This document shows positions 1 to 13,100 of a stretch of DNA of 64,000 nucleotides, piece after piece. The position numbers and the translations under genes were made by a program. Every line of letters begins with the position of its first letter. The stretch's first letter is position 1. The notes beneath the pieces are model-generated. The model saw nothing but the letters and a program-made list of their open reading frames with translations. It was not told the origin of the DNA and did no database searches. The stretch is from Lophium mytilinum (taxonomy: Eukaryota): NCBI GenBank assembly GCA_010093605.1, contig MU004184.1, positions 1,312,801-1,376,800 of the forward strand, given 5' to 3'.

Positions 1-253
1 ACTCTTGGCAGGAATCTGGGAGGCCGAGGCGGCGGAGCGCCAGAGGATGTGGAAACTCCAGTGGCAAACCCAAATCGTGATGATGGATCAATCGAACCGC
101 AACGTCCTTGCTTTCGAGGCCTGTAAGGAAATATACAAGGACAATGTGAGGGAGGAAGAAGAGCTTTGTCAATACAAAGCGGAGCACGAAGCCAGACTCC
201 GACACATCATATTCGTCGAGGCTCCGAAGTTCTGGGAGCAGCTTGGGCTTTGA
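1..253 (+). CDS. Possible 3' end of a hypothetical protein gene entering from the left edge
   Basis: Open frame from the window edge to TGA at 251-253 with a helical, Glu-rich composition. No recognisable motif. Confidence 0.35.
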   Translation, partial: LLAGIWEAEAAERQRMWKLQWQTQIVMMDQSNRNVLAFEACKEIYKDNVREEEELCQYKAEHEARLRHIIFVEAPKFWEQLGL

Positions 254-1187
254 GCTCTCCGGCTATATCTTACCCCTATACCACGTCAGCGCCATTCGGC
301 TGTACAAGGTGTCCCTCAGCAACCGTCAACCGAGTGTATGCGACGACGCTTCGGCCATGGTACCAACTGGCATCTGGCGGCTCTATCAAAGACACCATGA
401 GGGACTCACAAGTGGTTTGAGTTTCATCCTCGAACTTTAGGTCACCACTGTCCGCTTTCACCCTACTCTAACTTCCACTTTCACCACTACCCACTTCATA
501 CACCTACCACCTCCCATACACGCTCATCACACACACACTACTAACCTTTTACATAACATCCACCTTCTTACACAAGCCCCTAGGCACGGCAGCTATTCCA
601 GTGCATAGACATCCCCAGGGTAGCGTAATATGGCAACTTGAAGGATAGCACAAATTCGATATAACAATGGGTAGACGCATCCTCGGGGGCCATGTTGGAC
701 ATACATTCGAGCATCTTGCAAACATGTCGAGTACCAAGGAGAGCTGTCTGATTTTTTTCCAATTAGGGGCGTTCTGGGCCGTTCTTGGGCGTTCATAATT
801 GGCCATGACCTTCAATGAAGCTCCTTTAGAGGAAGTGCCTGCCTTTGCCTTGCAACATGTCACATTGGCGTTCGAGTTTGGGTGTTTTAATTTGGCGTTT
901 AGTTGTCAATGGCGGTTACTGGAGCTCCTTGGAGAGAAACCTGCCTTGTACTTAAATAATTGCCCTTTTCCCACTTTTCAAGCAGTTGGACGTAATGGGC
1001 GGCAGTGGTAGATACGCTGAGGTTGTTCACTCGTTAATGAGGTAGTTGCCTGTTGTTGATTTCAGGGCGTTTGGGCACTGCTTGTTCCTGAATGAGCCCC
1101 TTAGGATGGATGGCAAGACCACATCATCTAGGGGCGAACATGGATAATTGGCTAGATACTTTCCGAATACAACCCCGTGTTTTGATT

Positions 1188-4161
1188 TTATTCTGGTATC
1201 TTGCTCGTCCAAGCCATGAAAGTGACCCCGTGGACGGGAATCTCCCCCTTTTCGTTGGTCTCGACGTCGTCCCCGTTGACGATCTCGGTAAAGGTCCGCT
1301 TCGTGTTCTGCACAACACCGTCGTCAGCACAACTTTGAGCAACGCATTAAACAACAACAACGGCTATCGAAGACGATACGTCGGCGCCATGACCTGGCGT
1401 CAAATAAATTCACTGATACTCCAGGTCCTTTCCGGAATGCGTGCAGCCATTTTCCCTCGGCGAGTACCAGGGCGAGGTTTTATGCAGCCAGGAAACCGCG
1501 TCAACGAACAACGCATCGAGCAGCGACCTCAGCGACGTCCTTATGGCATACACCGCCTCTCCGATGGTTTCCGTGCCACGGTAGAGAATGGCATGCGGTA
1601 GAGACCGACTGCTATGCGTGCTTGGCTACGCTGGCATCGGCCAAAGAGGGCTCTCCACCAGTACAGCGCCCTCGACGACACAACACCAGCAACTCCAGTC
1701 CGTGGGACTTTGTGAACACCAGTACCTCTACGAGCTCAGCAGCATTGTGAGATACTGGGATAGGCCATATGCCTCTATGCCTCAGCGTTGCTGAGGTCGG
1801 CAATCCACGCCCTGCTCCCGAACTTCTCCGCTAGCTCATCCTACATCCCACCCCGACAGCTACAGCAACGTGCATTGCAGTGCATTTAGGGCCGTCTGCT
1901 AGGTTGAATCAAACTAACAAAACTCCATTAACCATGAGCAGATAGGTCCCCTCCTCATAGCATTGGCCAGGCAGCGTCCAGACGAGATGCGGTCGGCGGC
2001 GGTCTTCATCTTCCACTTCTTCCTCCTCTTCCGCAGCACAACACCACACCACCCCATCATCGGGACACAAGCCCTAGACGACATGGCCAGCTCGTCCACG
2101 GAATAGCTTTCTGCGTGAACGAAGGTAGGTCGATGAATCGGCCATAGGTCACAACAACTGGGACGCGTCGTACCCGGCCCCCTCTGCGTCCACACTTGAT
2201 GTTCTCTCTAAGATCGAGCTTGTGCTCCATGCCACGGTCCATGAATAATTGGGCGGGTTCTATACTGGTTGATGGCCGTCTAGGAAATGAATGAGGGGAT
2301 GAAACAACGCTTCGTGAGAGCGGCCAAAGCTCGAGCCTTCATGGCATAGACTGAAGCTTGCTCTTCAGCTGGAATAAAGACACACATCGAGGCACCCGAA
2401 GACGTATGTTGTGAAGCATTCGGCATCGGTGTCGATGCCTGGAGACATGGCGTGATTGAGCACTCATCTCGTAAGGAGCCCAGGTCCTGGCGCCAGTGTC
2501 TCCATTTTTTCTCGCATACTTCGATACATAACGTTTCGTTTCTTTTCCTCAAGTCTTCTCTTCCTCAAGTCTTCCCTTCCTCAAGTTCATTGATGTCTGG
2601 GGTCATCTATCTCTTTCGGCTCTTCTCTTTTTAGTCTTCTTTCCAAGCTTTCCAAACTCTTTCCAGTTCAATTCACTGCGAGCGTTGCTCTACTCCCAGG
2701 ATGGTGGTGGTCCATAGATTTGATTGCTTCTTGCTTGGGCGGTCTGCTAGCCAGCAGGCTACTCTGGCATCGCCATCCCAGTTTATGGCAGACTAGCGAA
2801 GGCTTCGCACGGAAGCTCCAGAGAACATCATGCGGAAAGGAAATGAAATTACTGACCTCGAGTTCTTCTCCTTCGAGAACGGCAATCTGGCTCAGGGTGC
2901 TGTAGCGACTCCATAGCGATTCTTTAGACAGCCAAGTCGTGAACTTGACTTCCACCTCGCCCAAGGGCAAGGAAAATAAGGGGTTTGCAGACGTCAAGAT
3001 GGTCAAGGGCGTTGACTTGATCTGATTGTCGAAAACTTGCTTCCACTTTTCATGCCGGAATCGAGGCTCATTGTCATCGAACGTCCACGTCAGGTCGTGC
3101 AGTTTGCTTTCCCAGGTCGTAGTCATGGTCGCGGACTTTGTTTGGTTGTCTGAGTAGGGGCAAACATCATCAGAAATGTCGCAAGATTTGAAGTAGTAAA
3201 GTCAGGGGCTATTGCAGCTGACAAACTCAGGGGTCGCGTCATGATTCCACGCAGAAACGAGGTTGAGCTCGGCTTTACTGACAGTCTTCAATGTTCCATA
3301 TCATCCCAAGCACACCGCCAGGTTTCAAGACTCGATGGATTTCGCGCAAGGATTCCTGGTTGGCGAACCAATGGAAGGCCTGCGGGTATATACGTGTCAG
3401 CAATGACGCTGTCCCCGGAAATCCCAATATTGAGGCCGCAGGTATGCAAGATCCATGCCGGAAGATCTATAGCTGCATGACTGTTCAAGAAAGATGGAAC
3501 ATGCTGGGTTGAACTGGACACAAAGCGTGGAGAAGATTACGAGAGGTGTTTGAGAGAGATGACGCGGCCGGAAGCAATGAAAAGAGGGGTTGCAGTGCAG
3601 AGTTTAAGTATCGGAGAAGAACGACTTGATTTGAAGAGGCAGGATCGGGCGGCGTAATCTTGCTGCTGTGTGAGGCATGCTGCATCCCGAAGGGAGGGGT
3701 TTGCGTCTACCCAGGAACAGGATCGGGATCGCACGGCTGCTACCCGCAATTACCCAGAGGAAAACTCCATAGACGGTTCAGAAAGAAGATGGAAGCGAAT
3801 GGATATGTACCTGCGCGGCAAAAACAGCATCGATTGTCCCATCCGCTGCGGGAATGGCGGTGGAGGATCCGTCACGGCTGTCGACGCGGGGGAGGTGCTT
3901 CCTTTCCAATCCGCTCCGCATACCTGCATGAGGCTCAACCGCCAAGATGTCGAAGGCCTCCTCTCGGGCAGCAAGCAGCTCCGTGAATTTGCCAGTCCCA
4001 GAGGCCAGATCCACCATGCGAGCATCGCGGACACCGCGCACTCCAGCCGAGTCCAGCAGCTTAGTCACCGCGTTCGCCGGGTAGGAGGGCCGATGCTGGT
4101 CATACAGGAGGCCTTTCGCGAAGCCGGTTCGCGCTCGTTCGGACAGCTTCGTGGTCGCCAT
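1188..4161 (-). CDS. Class I SAM-dependent methyltransferase (Methyltransf_11-like), 4 exons, 286 aa
   Basis: Exons 4161-3811, 3379-3283, 3149-2857 and 1307-1188 splice in frame (861 nt) through GT..AG introns. Motifs: YDQHRPSYP, VDLASGTGKFT, AQAFHWF, HRVLKPGG, and C-terminal NEKGEIPVHGVTFMAWT. ATG context ACCACCATGG. Confidence 0.9.
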
Positions 4162-5060
4162 GGTGGTATGCCGTCTTGCGTGCGGAACGCGTCGTCTGGG
4201 GATGCGGAGAAGTGGTGTCGATGCCAACTGCAGGCTGCGGGCTGGCGTTGAGGAGGCCTAGCAATAGAGGAATCGCATCATGGAAGGCTAACGTGGCGTC
4301 TGCTTGTGGCGGTAGCGGAGCGGTGCCAAAGACAGCGATGTGCCCCTGTCCCACAATTCTTTTCGGTGCCCCTGTCTGCGATTCTCCAGCTGCCAGCCAA
4401 TCGAAGGCCCACCGTGGGGTCCCAGCTCGACGCCGACGGGCGCCAGGGCGGCGGTATCCTGGCATGGTGCATATATAGAAACAGATGGTGGTGCGGGAGC
4501 TCGAGCTCACTGTGCGGCTTCTCGAGGCATGTGGTTCAGGAGGACAGCGCTCCCAGCAGATGCTGCGCTGGGAAACGGGGTCATGGCCCATGGCGCGCAA
4601 ATACTGCTCTCAGCTGGCAGTGCAGTGCAAGACAGCGAATGCTGGAGAGGGCTGTGAGGGACCCGGACGCTGACTGCTGAAGAAGCCTCGACCCGTGGCT
4701 GCTCCTGGTGCATCCGCATCCGCAACCGTGGGTAGGCAGGCTCAACCACGGATCGTCTTCGCCTCCTAAAGCATTTGGGTGCCGCCGTTATACTCCTGCA
4801 CGAAGCCCTGTCCGGGGCAGACACACCACCTATAGCCATTCTCACACTACATTGTTGTAATACCCTTTTTCTACCAAGCCTGCGATCTACCAGACGGCGT
4901 CATTGCCCGCCGACCCGCTCGAAAGCTAAACACCAGAGCCCAGCCGAGACCCTTCTTCGACGTCGTCGTCCATTGCAACCAGCTCTACGCTTGCTTCTGC
5001 TTCTCCGAGCAGGTTCCTCTCGTTCTTCTCCTGCAACCGTGCCGGCTTTCTTCGAGTCTG

Positions 5061-5438
5061 GTGAGTGCTGTCCGTTTCTCCTGACCGCGCCGAGAGCTTT
5101 GGCCGCCGACGTCCGTCAAAAAAACTCCACAACAACACCTCGCCCTCGACATCTCCACCCCCCTACAACAACCACACCATCGACATCTCCACCAGTCGCT
5201 CTCCGGGCTGTGTCTCCTACATCACCGTACATCTCTCCCAGCGTGTCTGCCTACGATTTACGCTTCAACGAGATCTCATTCGAGACCTCAGCGATCCGTC
5301 ATCGAGGCAGCGCGACAACAGCTTCGCGTCCCAGCTGTGCCTACGCCCGATCCACATTTCCGCTCTCTAGAATCTTCGCCATTCGCTCCCGGATACACAG
5401 TCAAAACACGACGCTAACACCATTGCGCGGTTCCGCAG
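5061..5438 (+). other. Probable 5'-UTR intron of the gene starting at 5666
   Basis: GTGAGT donor at 5061, GCTAAC branch site at 5413 and CAG acceptor at 5436-5438, inside a pyrimidine-rich leader. Confidence 0.5.
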
Positions 5439-5665
5439 AAACTTCACAGATTCGCCAAACCCTCTCCTTCAACCCTGACGTCTTACGAGATCACGACCAA
5501 AACCTCCCTGCATTCTCTCGCTCGCATATGTGCCCACCTGGACCGCGGCAATCTCTCATGATCCTTTCCCTTTGGTTGTCATGAGCATTGGATAATTCCT
5601 TACCGGGCATTTCCTCTTGTCAGCGGTGCATAAGTTAGCGTCGGAAAAGCATTGCATTACACACC

Positions 5666-8600
5666 ATGCCTGTCACCAGTTTCCTGCGTCGGAAGTCCAC
5701 CGGCAATGAGTTGGAGACAAGCACCGATCCGGGTGCCTCGTCTCATGGAACGTTCCGCACATTAGATCGAGCAGAGGTCGAGGCACAAGCTGCGGCTAGA
5801 GCAGCAGAGCAAGAGAAGTCACAATCTAAGAAGGGACTCTTCAGCAGATTCAGCGGTGGCAGCAACAAGCCTCCTGGCGGCGCGAATCGTCGACAGCACT
5901 CCTTCGAAGACGAATCCCCCGGTGGTCAGAGGTACGCTTGGCAATCTCCCCCTCATTATCTTTCTACTAATTCTGACTTAGGGGTAGCAATGGAAGTAGT
6001 GCTGCAAATTCAGCGCTTTCTCGCGTCTACGACACCTCATCCCAATCCGCTCGTCATAGCTCCAGTTCAACCCTTCCCTCCGCAGACGACGACAATATGT
6101 TCGCCAATTCTCACCCGCACTCATCACCAAATCATTCTGCACTGCGATCAACACATACGTGGGGAGGTCAGGGAGGCCCTCAAGTCCCTCAGAAGTCCAA
6201 TACGGAGCGCCCAAATGCGCAGTTCCGCGAGAGATCTCAGACTCAGTCAAGCTATGCCAGTACAGCTATCGCCCCGCGTGTTGAGGCCAGCTTACCACCC
6301 GCGACCAGCAGCTTTTCGAGCGAGTTTGATAACATGTTCGAATCCTTAGAGACGCAAGCAAAACCTGTGAGTGTACATGCTAGCATTCCGCACGTACCAT
6401 GGGAAATCATGGACGCTAATGTTTGCCCAGAGCAATGCTAGACTGGCAGCACCAACAGCACAAGAGTCAACTCTTACTACGCCTGGCCGATCCCTGCTCG
6501 CCGGTAGACAGCGGTTTCAGCACGACCCTCTGAACGTAGAGAGATCTCTCCACGTCGACCCAGCCCCAGCGTCTTGGGATAGTAGGGACTCGGGCGAACA
6601 TCTGATCATCTCTCCTACCGATTCAGAGATGGCGCCGCCTCCCGTACCTCCGCACGCCCATCTAAGGACGCCATCACCATCTCAACAGGCTCCCGCATCC
6701 CGTGAGTCAGACACCACGGAGGCCCTCTATGGAGGAGTGTCCAACGGCGGAGGTACTAGATATTACAGTGCGGTGGGATCAACCAACCAATTTTCCAAAG
6801 GAAAGGGCAAAGCCCCAATGCCCGCGGCTTCATCCACTGCCCGCGAACCGCTCCGTGAATCGCTTTCGACTTCCGCAGCTACCCGACAGCCGCTCTCGAC
6901 GTCACTCCCTCCACGCCAAACCATTTCCTCGGTCTCTTCCACAAGCACCCTACAGACGCCTTCTTCATCTCAGTCCGCCTCGAACAACGCGACACCACGT
7001 GCAAAAGGTCATTCGCTCGTGGATGGTGCTCGCATGGAGTCTGTCCCTCTAAACTCTTCACCTGCAGTCGGCACCGATGCTGAAGACACACCCTTGTTCG
7101 ATGCAGCAACTATATCCTCCGTCAACGCAGCCCGACGATTTGCGGAAAGCGACCCACCTAGGCGCGTGATGCGAGCTGACGACTTTCGGAGGGAGCAGAT
7201 GCTCGCAAACTCCAGGCCTCCCCCGCAAGATGACAGCAGTGAGGAGGAGAACGAGTATGAAGATGAAGACGAGGAAGAACGTCATCAGGCCCAACGAGAA
7301 CTTCGCCGTCGTCAAGAAGCACAGCTTGCGGCGAGTCGTGAGGTTATGAGACGCACGGTTGGCAACGACAGCGCGCGCCCAGCGAGCCAGGCTGGTACAA
7401 TCCCGTCTTCGGGTTTCCCTGCGCACATGTCTCTCTATGACGACTGGGATGAGAACGCAGATATGCCTCTCGGTATTCTCAAAGCTCACGGATTTCCTAC
7501 ACATGGTCGCCCGCCGACCCAACCAGCAAACTACACACCATCCTACACTGGCATCGCAGAGCGTCCAGCTTCCGCTGGTCCTTTGGGCGGCAACGGAGCA
7601 GCTCGATCTAGCGTACCAGTCTTCGCTCGAAACTTGCCTTTGGATCCTTTCCGCGTCGAAATTCCCACGGACCGTCAGTCATTCCACCTTGGCGGGGGCA
7701 TGCAACCAGGCCCACGCTCGTCAACGGGTCCACCTTCTGCTTACGGGGGAAGTACCAACATGAGCTACATGGATGTGATCCAGGCCGAGGAGCGAGCTAA
7801 GGCCATTCGGAGAGGAAGTCCTGGACAGAGGCACTTCGGGTATGGTGAAACGCTCCACAACCAGATGCCCCGCACGCAAACCATGTCGTCCATGATGCAA
7901 CCGCCATGGGGATCTCAGCAATTCCAGCAACCTCAAATCCCGCAGCAGCAATTTCAGCCTCAACAGCCGTTTCCTATGATGCCTCAGATGCCAATGGGAG
8001 GGCAGCCCGGCGGCGGCGCAGAGTTCCAAATGGCGTTCATGATGGCGCAGCAGATGTTGATGCAGCAGCAGCAGCAAGCAGCCATGGCAGGCCAAATGGG
8101 GCAGATGAACATAGGCGGGCACCCACAGCCTTCAAACCCGTACGCATTCCAGACGAACGGATTTCTGGCTCCAAATCGGGCTCAAAACCCCAATCAACTG
8201 CGCCCACCGTCAGTGGCTTCTAACGTCTCCGGCGCGAGGCCGTACGGGCCAAACCGCACGATCTCGACCCCCAATCCGCAGGCTCGAGCACCGCAAATAG
8301 GTAATGTATCACTTGACAGCGGATTCACCTCCCCTTTCCTTGGCATTTCTTCACAAAACGGCGGTGGCTATGCCCCGTCTATCGCTCCGTCTGAAAGATC
8401 TAACATTGGCTTAGCTTCACGGTACCGACCCGTCGTGGCCCCGCCGCCACCGGAGGCTACGTCGACTGGGTCGTCTTTGACGGCCCAGGCGACCGCTGGC
8501 GCTCCGGGGGCGGCGGGTGCGGCGAACCGGGCGGCGGCGCCCCCTGCGGGTGGCGAGGCAGAGGACGCGGCGTGGAAGAGCCTGGGGGAGAGGCGGAAGA

Positions 8601-8671
8601 AGTGGGGAAAGAAGGGGAAGAAGGGGAAGAAGGGGGAGGGGTTGGGGGAGTTGTGGGCGGGGGAGGAGTAG
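5666..8671 (+). CDS. Hypothetical low-complexity protein (S/P/Q-rich, central acidic and coiled-coil segment), 3 exons
   Basis: Introns 5932-5981 and 6367-6430 join the ORFs in frame. N-terminus MPVTSFLRRKSTGN; conserved-looking blocks DMPLGILKAHGFP and YAPSIAPSERSNIGLASRYRPV. Confidence 0.85.
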
Positions 8672-10100
8672 GGGGCGTGGGGGGTTTGGGGAAGTTAGGT
8701 GATTAATGGGAACGAATACGTGGGCCTACGGGCCTTTAATACGGCGGAAGCGGCCAAGGCGGCCAAAACTTCTTGTAATAATAGACTTTCTCTTCCTTGA
8801 TTTTGTTGTCCCTAATGCGTGAGCCTACTCATGCCGCTAACGACCTATGTTCTACTTTTAGACCTACACGAAGGCCCCTAATGTCTGATAAAGTGCGCAT
8901 AACGTACCCTCTTTTACTCCTTGTTTAAACCTATGCGCCCCTAAATTTTCACGCCAAGGCACCCTAATCGTCCCTTGTACTTCCGTTTTCGTGCCGCTCT
9001 ATCGCCTAATAAAGTACCAAAATCAACCACGCTTTCGCTCTCTTTTCAGGCCTATCCGTAGTTACTTCCACAAAACGCTTCTCTTATAACTTCCTACATT
9101 TCTCCCCCACACTATTTCCTTACCGACACCACTTGAACCGCACTATTTCTACCTAGGCTTTGCGAGTATAGTAACATGCTTGCAGACCCGCACACCCTTT
9201 CATTCTCAGAAAATAACGATGTAAAGTTCTGCACACTCAGGATTAGACCCTAGTTGGTTGATAGACTGTGGATAGAGTAAATCCCTACGCCTTCCGAACT
9301 ACACCACCTTTGCTACCACTCTGCCAGGACAGTAGCACCTTTGTAGACCCTCACACCCATATATAGTCTAAAACCCCGGATGTAAACTTCGATACCCTTG
9401 AAAGTAGACTGGCGAAAGAAGAACGCGAAAGAGAGGGGATTTTTCTAAGCGTCGTGAACCATCTCTTTCGCGTGTTCGGTTCGCGAGGACGGTGGGGTCT
9501 TGGAGGGTGGTCTAGGGGATGCAGGTTAAGGGGGAGAAAATGTAAAGCTCTAGACACTTGAAATCAGATTCTAGGAAAGCTGGATTACGACGTTGAGTTC
9601 GCGCGGGTGGTGCTTAGTGGCTGCGAGGGTAGTAGGTGTGTTGGAGGACCTCTGGCCTATACAGCCTTCAAAGGAGCGGATGTAAGGATTGCAAGACTTT
9701 AAATTAGACTATGCTCGCGTGGATATCGTGAATGACTACATCATCCAATTCATAACAAGTTACAGATGCAAACTGCGGGGTTGGCAAGGCTGTTGGAGAA
9801 CCTCAGGCCCATTGTTTATGAAATGGGAAGGATGTCGAGGCCCACGGACTCCAAACCAGACCATCCTCACATGATAATCCTGCGTGACCACACTGTTCAA
9901 TTCACATTAAGTACCACTTCAGATTTGCGGGGTTGGAAAAGATACCAAAGACTCTCCTGCCTATCCATTAACAGATACATAGGATGTAAAGATTGACACG
10001 CTCGAAACCAGACTACGCGCATGACATGTCCCAAAACGCCGCCAGAACGCTCCAATGCATGATCCCAAACCGAAATCCAAACAATATTAGCAGCAGATAC

Positions 10101-13100
10101 TCAGTGTCCATTCCTTCTCTTTGCTTCCTCCAGCGCCGCCTTGAGCCTAGCAGCCTTTATTGCCTCTTCGTTCAACGGCGGCGCAGCCCCCGGGGTACCA
10201 CCTTGTGAGCCAACCCCTGCTAAGGTCTGCTTGATAAGAGCCTCTCCCTCCCTGAGATCCTCTTCTAGCACACCCAGCCTGCGCACTAGTTCGCCCTTCA
10301 ACCGCTCCTCGCCCTCCTTCAGCTCTTTCTCCAATCCAGCTACTGTAGGCTTCTCCTTCTCAGCACCTAGATTCTCTGCCTTGGCTGCAGCAATTTCAGC
10401 CTCAATAACCGCCCCATTAAGCACAAGCTCCACCTCATTAAACCTCGTCATTAGATCCTTAGAACTCCGCTCCAGCGCCTTAAGCACCTGATCCGCGAGC
10501 CTCACAGCCTCCACTCCATTCTCCGCCTGCACCTCCCTCGGCGAGATCTTCCCTAAGACAGCCACAATCTCATCCCTAAACCCCTGATTCGCACCAACCG
10601 ACCTCACAACCGCCTCCTCAATATCTCTCACCAAATCCGCGACCCTATCCGCGCGCTCACTCTTCGCCCTCAACACAGCCTGCCTCTCCGCATTCTCAAA
10701 ATGCCGCTCCACACTCTTCATCTTCGCGATATTCCCCGCCGCATACAGCGGCTGAATCTCCGTCCGCTTATAACGCTTATCCCGCTCCGCGACCAACATC
10801 GTAATGCGTCCATGCCGTAGCTCCACCGCCTCATGGAACCTGCCCAGCATCTCAATCACCATCACTGTCGGCGGCGGCGCGCCCTCCCTCGCCTCCAGCG
10901 CCTCGACGCCCGCTACGCTCGTCTCAAGCAGCTTCTCGCACTCCCCGAGCCCGCCCATGAGCCCGCGCACGCCCTCTTGCAGCTGCTCGTACCCCTTGTC
11001 GAAGACGCCCTCAACGAAGCGTGCGTACTCCTCGCGGTCTTCCTTGGCTTTCCGCCGCGCTTCCTCGGCTTTGAACTCGTCTTCCAGCGAGCCGATGTCC
11101 GCGTACGAGATCTCGTTGTCGTTGAAGAGTTGATCCGTGCGGGCTTCGCTCTCCTCCTGGCGCACGCGGCGCTCGCGGTCGAGAGAGCTGCGGAGGGCTG
11201 TGGCGGCGGATTCGTAGGTGGTGGTGAGGGCGGTGAGGAAGGCGAAGTCGGAGGGGTGGGAGGAGAGGAGGTTTTGGAGGTTTGTGATGGCGGGGTGGGA
11301 AGAGGGGGGAGAGAGCGATTTGGGGAGGAGGGAAGAAAGGGTGGCTAAGCCGGATGAAGTTGTGGGTGCCGGAGCTGGAGTGGGACCTGGGGTGGATGTC
11401 GTGGTTGAAGCAGAAGCAGGAGCCCCTGATGGGTTCAACGGGGCGGGAACGTCGATGGCGTGGTCTGAGAAGGATTTGTCGTGGGAGGACGAGGTTAAGG
11501 GCCTGGAGGATGGTTTGGAGCTCGGCTCTGGCTGTTGGGGTTCATTGAAAAAGATCTCGTCTCCTTTGTTGCGTGAAACTTGCAGTGGAGCTACGTTGAA
11601 AGACATGGATTGACGGTGATCGGTATAGGAAAGCGATTGACGGTGCATGCTGCGATCCTGAATCGCGGCAGTTGCAGAGGAGACAATGCTATCTCCTGGC
11701 GAATACGGCTTATACTGCGGCTGCGGTTGCTGTTGAGGTGGGGGGAGCTGCTGTGGGGGTTCTACAGGTTGCTCTGGACTCTGCATGGCTTTGCTGAACT
11801 CATCACCGGTCGAGCTCGTAGGGGTCAGAATCGTGGTTGACTGGTTTGAGGGCTCGCTCCCACCACCAGCCATGCTGAAGGGCCGATAGCCTCGGTTCCC
11901 AGGACTGTCTATCCGCCGAGGTGCACTATCCATTGTAGTCTTGATTGGAGATGGTGGGCCCTGCTGGAACTCTCGGATAGGAGTCCTCTCATCGGGCCTA
12001 GACGACATGCCGAAAGATTGCTCAGTGGAGACGTTGGATGGGTTGGATGTTAGTGTTGGTTTCCGCCTCAAGATTGGCCGTCCGCCGGGGCTGTACTCTT
12101 CCGGAGCAGGCTCCATGGAGAACGACTCCGACGGGATTGGAATAGTCAGCTTCCGCTCTAGAGGTTTGGGTACTGGGTCTGATTCTGACTGAAGAGGTGA
12201 CAATATTGCAGGGGGGGCACGATAGTACTCAATTCCCCGAATTTCAGATTCCGCGGCGAGGAACTCTGTGAACACCTTTTTCTTGTCCCCTATAGCCATT
12301 GCGGCAGACTCATGACGAAGCATCCCGACGTATCTCTCCAAAGATCCCGCATACCACGGGTCGATGTCCGAAATGAGGTCGCGTGCTGTAGGTGGTTGAA
12401 TCTGCTTGGGATGCTCGTCGTGGCTTTTCTCCTGAACAAGTCGGCTATTCTCCTGAGCGAGCCTATCCCTCTCTTCGGCCACTTGAGCAAGCCGGCTGTT
12501 CTCTTGGGCGAGTCTATCTCTTTCCGCGGTAACTTGAGCAAGTTGGCTATTCTCCTGCTTTAGCCTGTCCCTCTCTTCAGTGACTTGATCAAGCTGACTG
12601 TTCTGCTGGGCTAGTCTGTCTCTCTCCGCAGTAACGCGAGCAAGTTGGCTGTTCTCTTCGGCGAGTCTGTCCCTCTCCGTGGTAACTTTTGCGAGCTTAT
12701 CTTGAAGTTCAGCGTACTGGCTGTCAGGTGCTCTCGACGAAGATATTGCCTGAGAGGCACCCCATCCACCGTCATCCATGACGAAACTACCCTCCGGCTC
12801 TTTTTGGCCTTGAGGCTTCGCATGTGGAGCCTGACCCCATCCTCCGTCATCCATGACAATGACAGCCGCAGGGGGCGAGGCCGGCCTCTTCGTAGAAGGC
12901 TGTTGGGGTGCTACCCAACCTCCACCATCCATGACAATGACTTGCGCAGGAGCAGTCTCGATATGTTGATGTGCTGATGCTTCCTGCGCCACTGGCCATT
13001 GGTGTGACGACCTTGCAGTGTCCGGCGACTTCTGTGCAGGTGCTTCATGCATATTCGGGCCATGTGGCAAGGGAATATCTGGAGCTTTGGGTGGCGGTGT

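Noticed and set aside
1092..1601. 169-aa plus-strand ORF
   Set aside because: It overlaps the methyltransferase's last exon and intron on the opposite strand and has no motif, so it is probably a shadow ORF.
2549..2586. 16-bp tandem repeat TCAAGTCTTCYCTTCC, about 2.4 copies
   Set aside because: Short slippage repeat inside an intron, with no spacers and no functional evidence.
4775..5584. 269-aa ORF upstream of the gene at 5666
   Set aside because: Non-ATG start and low-complexity translation of a pyrimidine-rich leader that contains a probable UTR intron.
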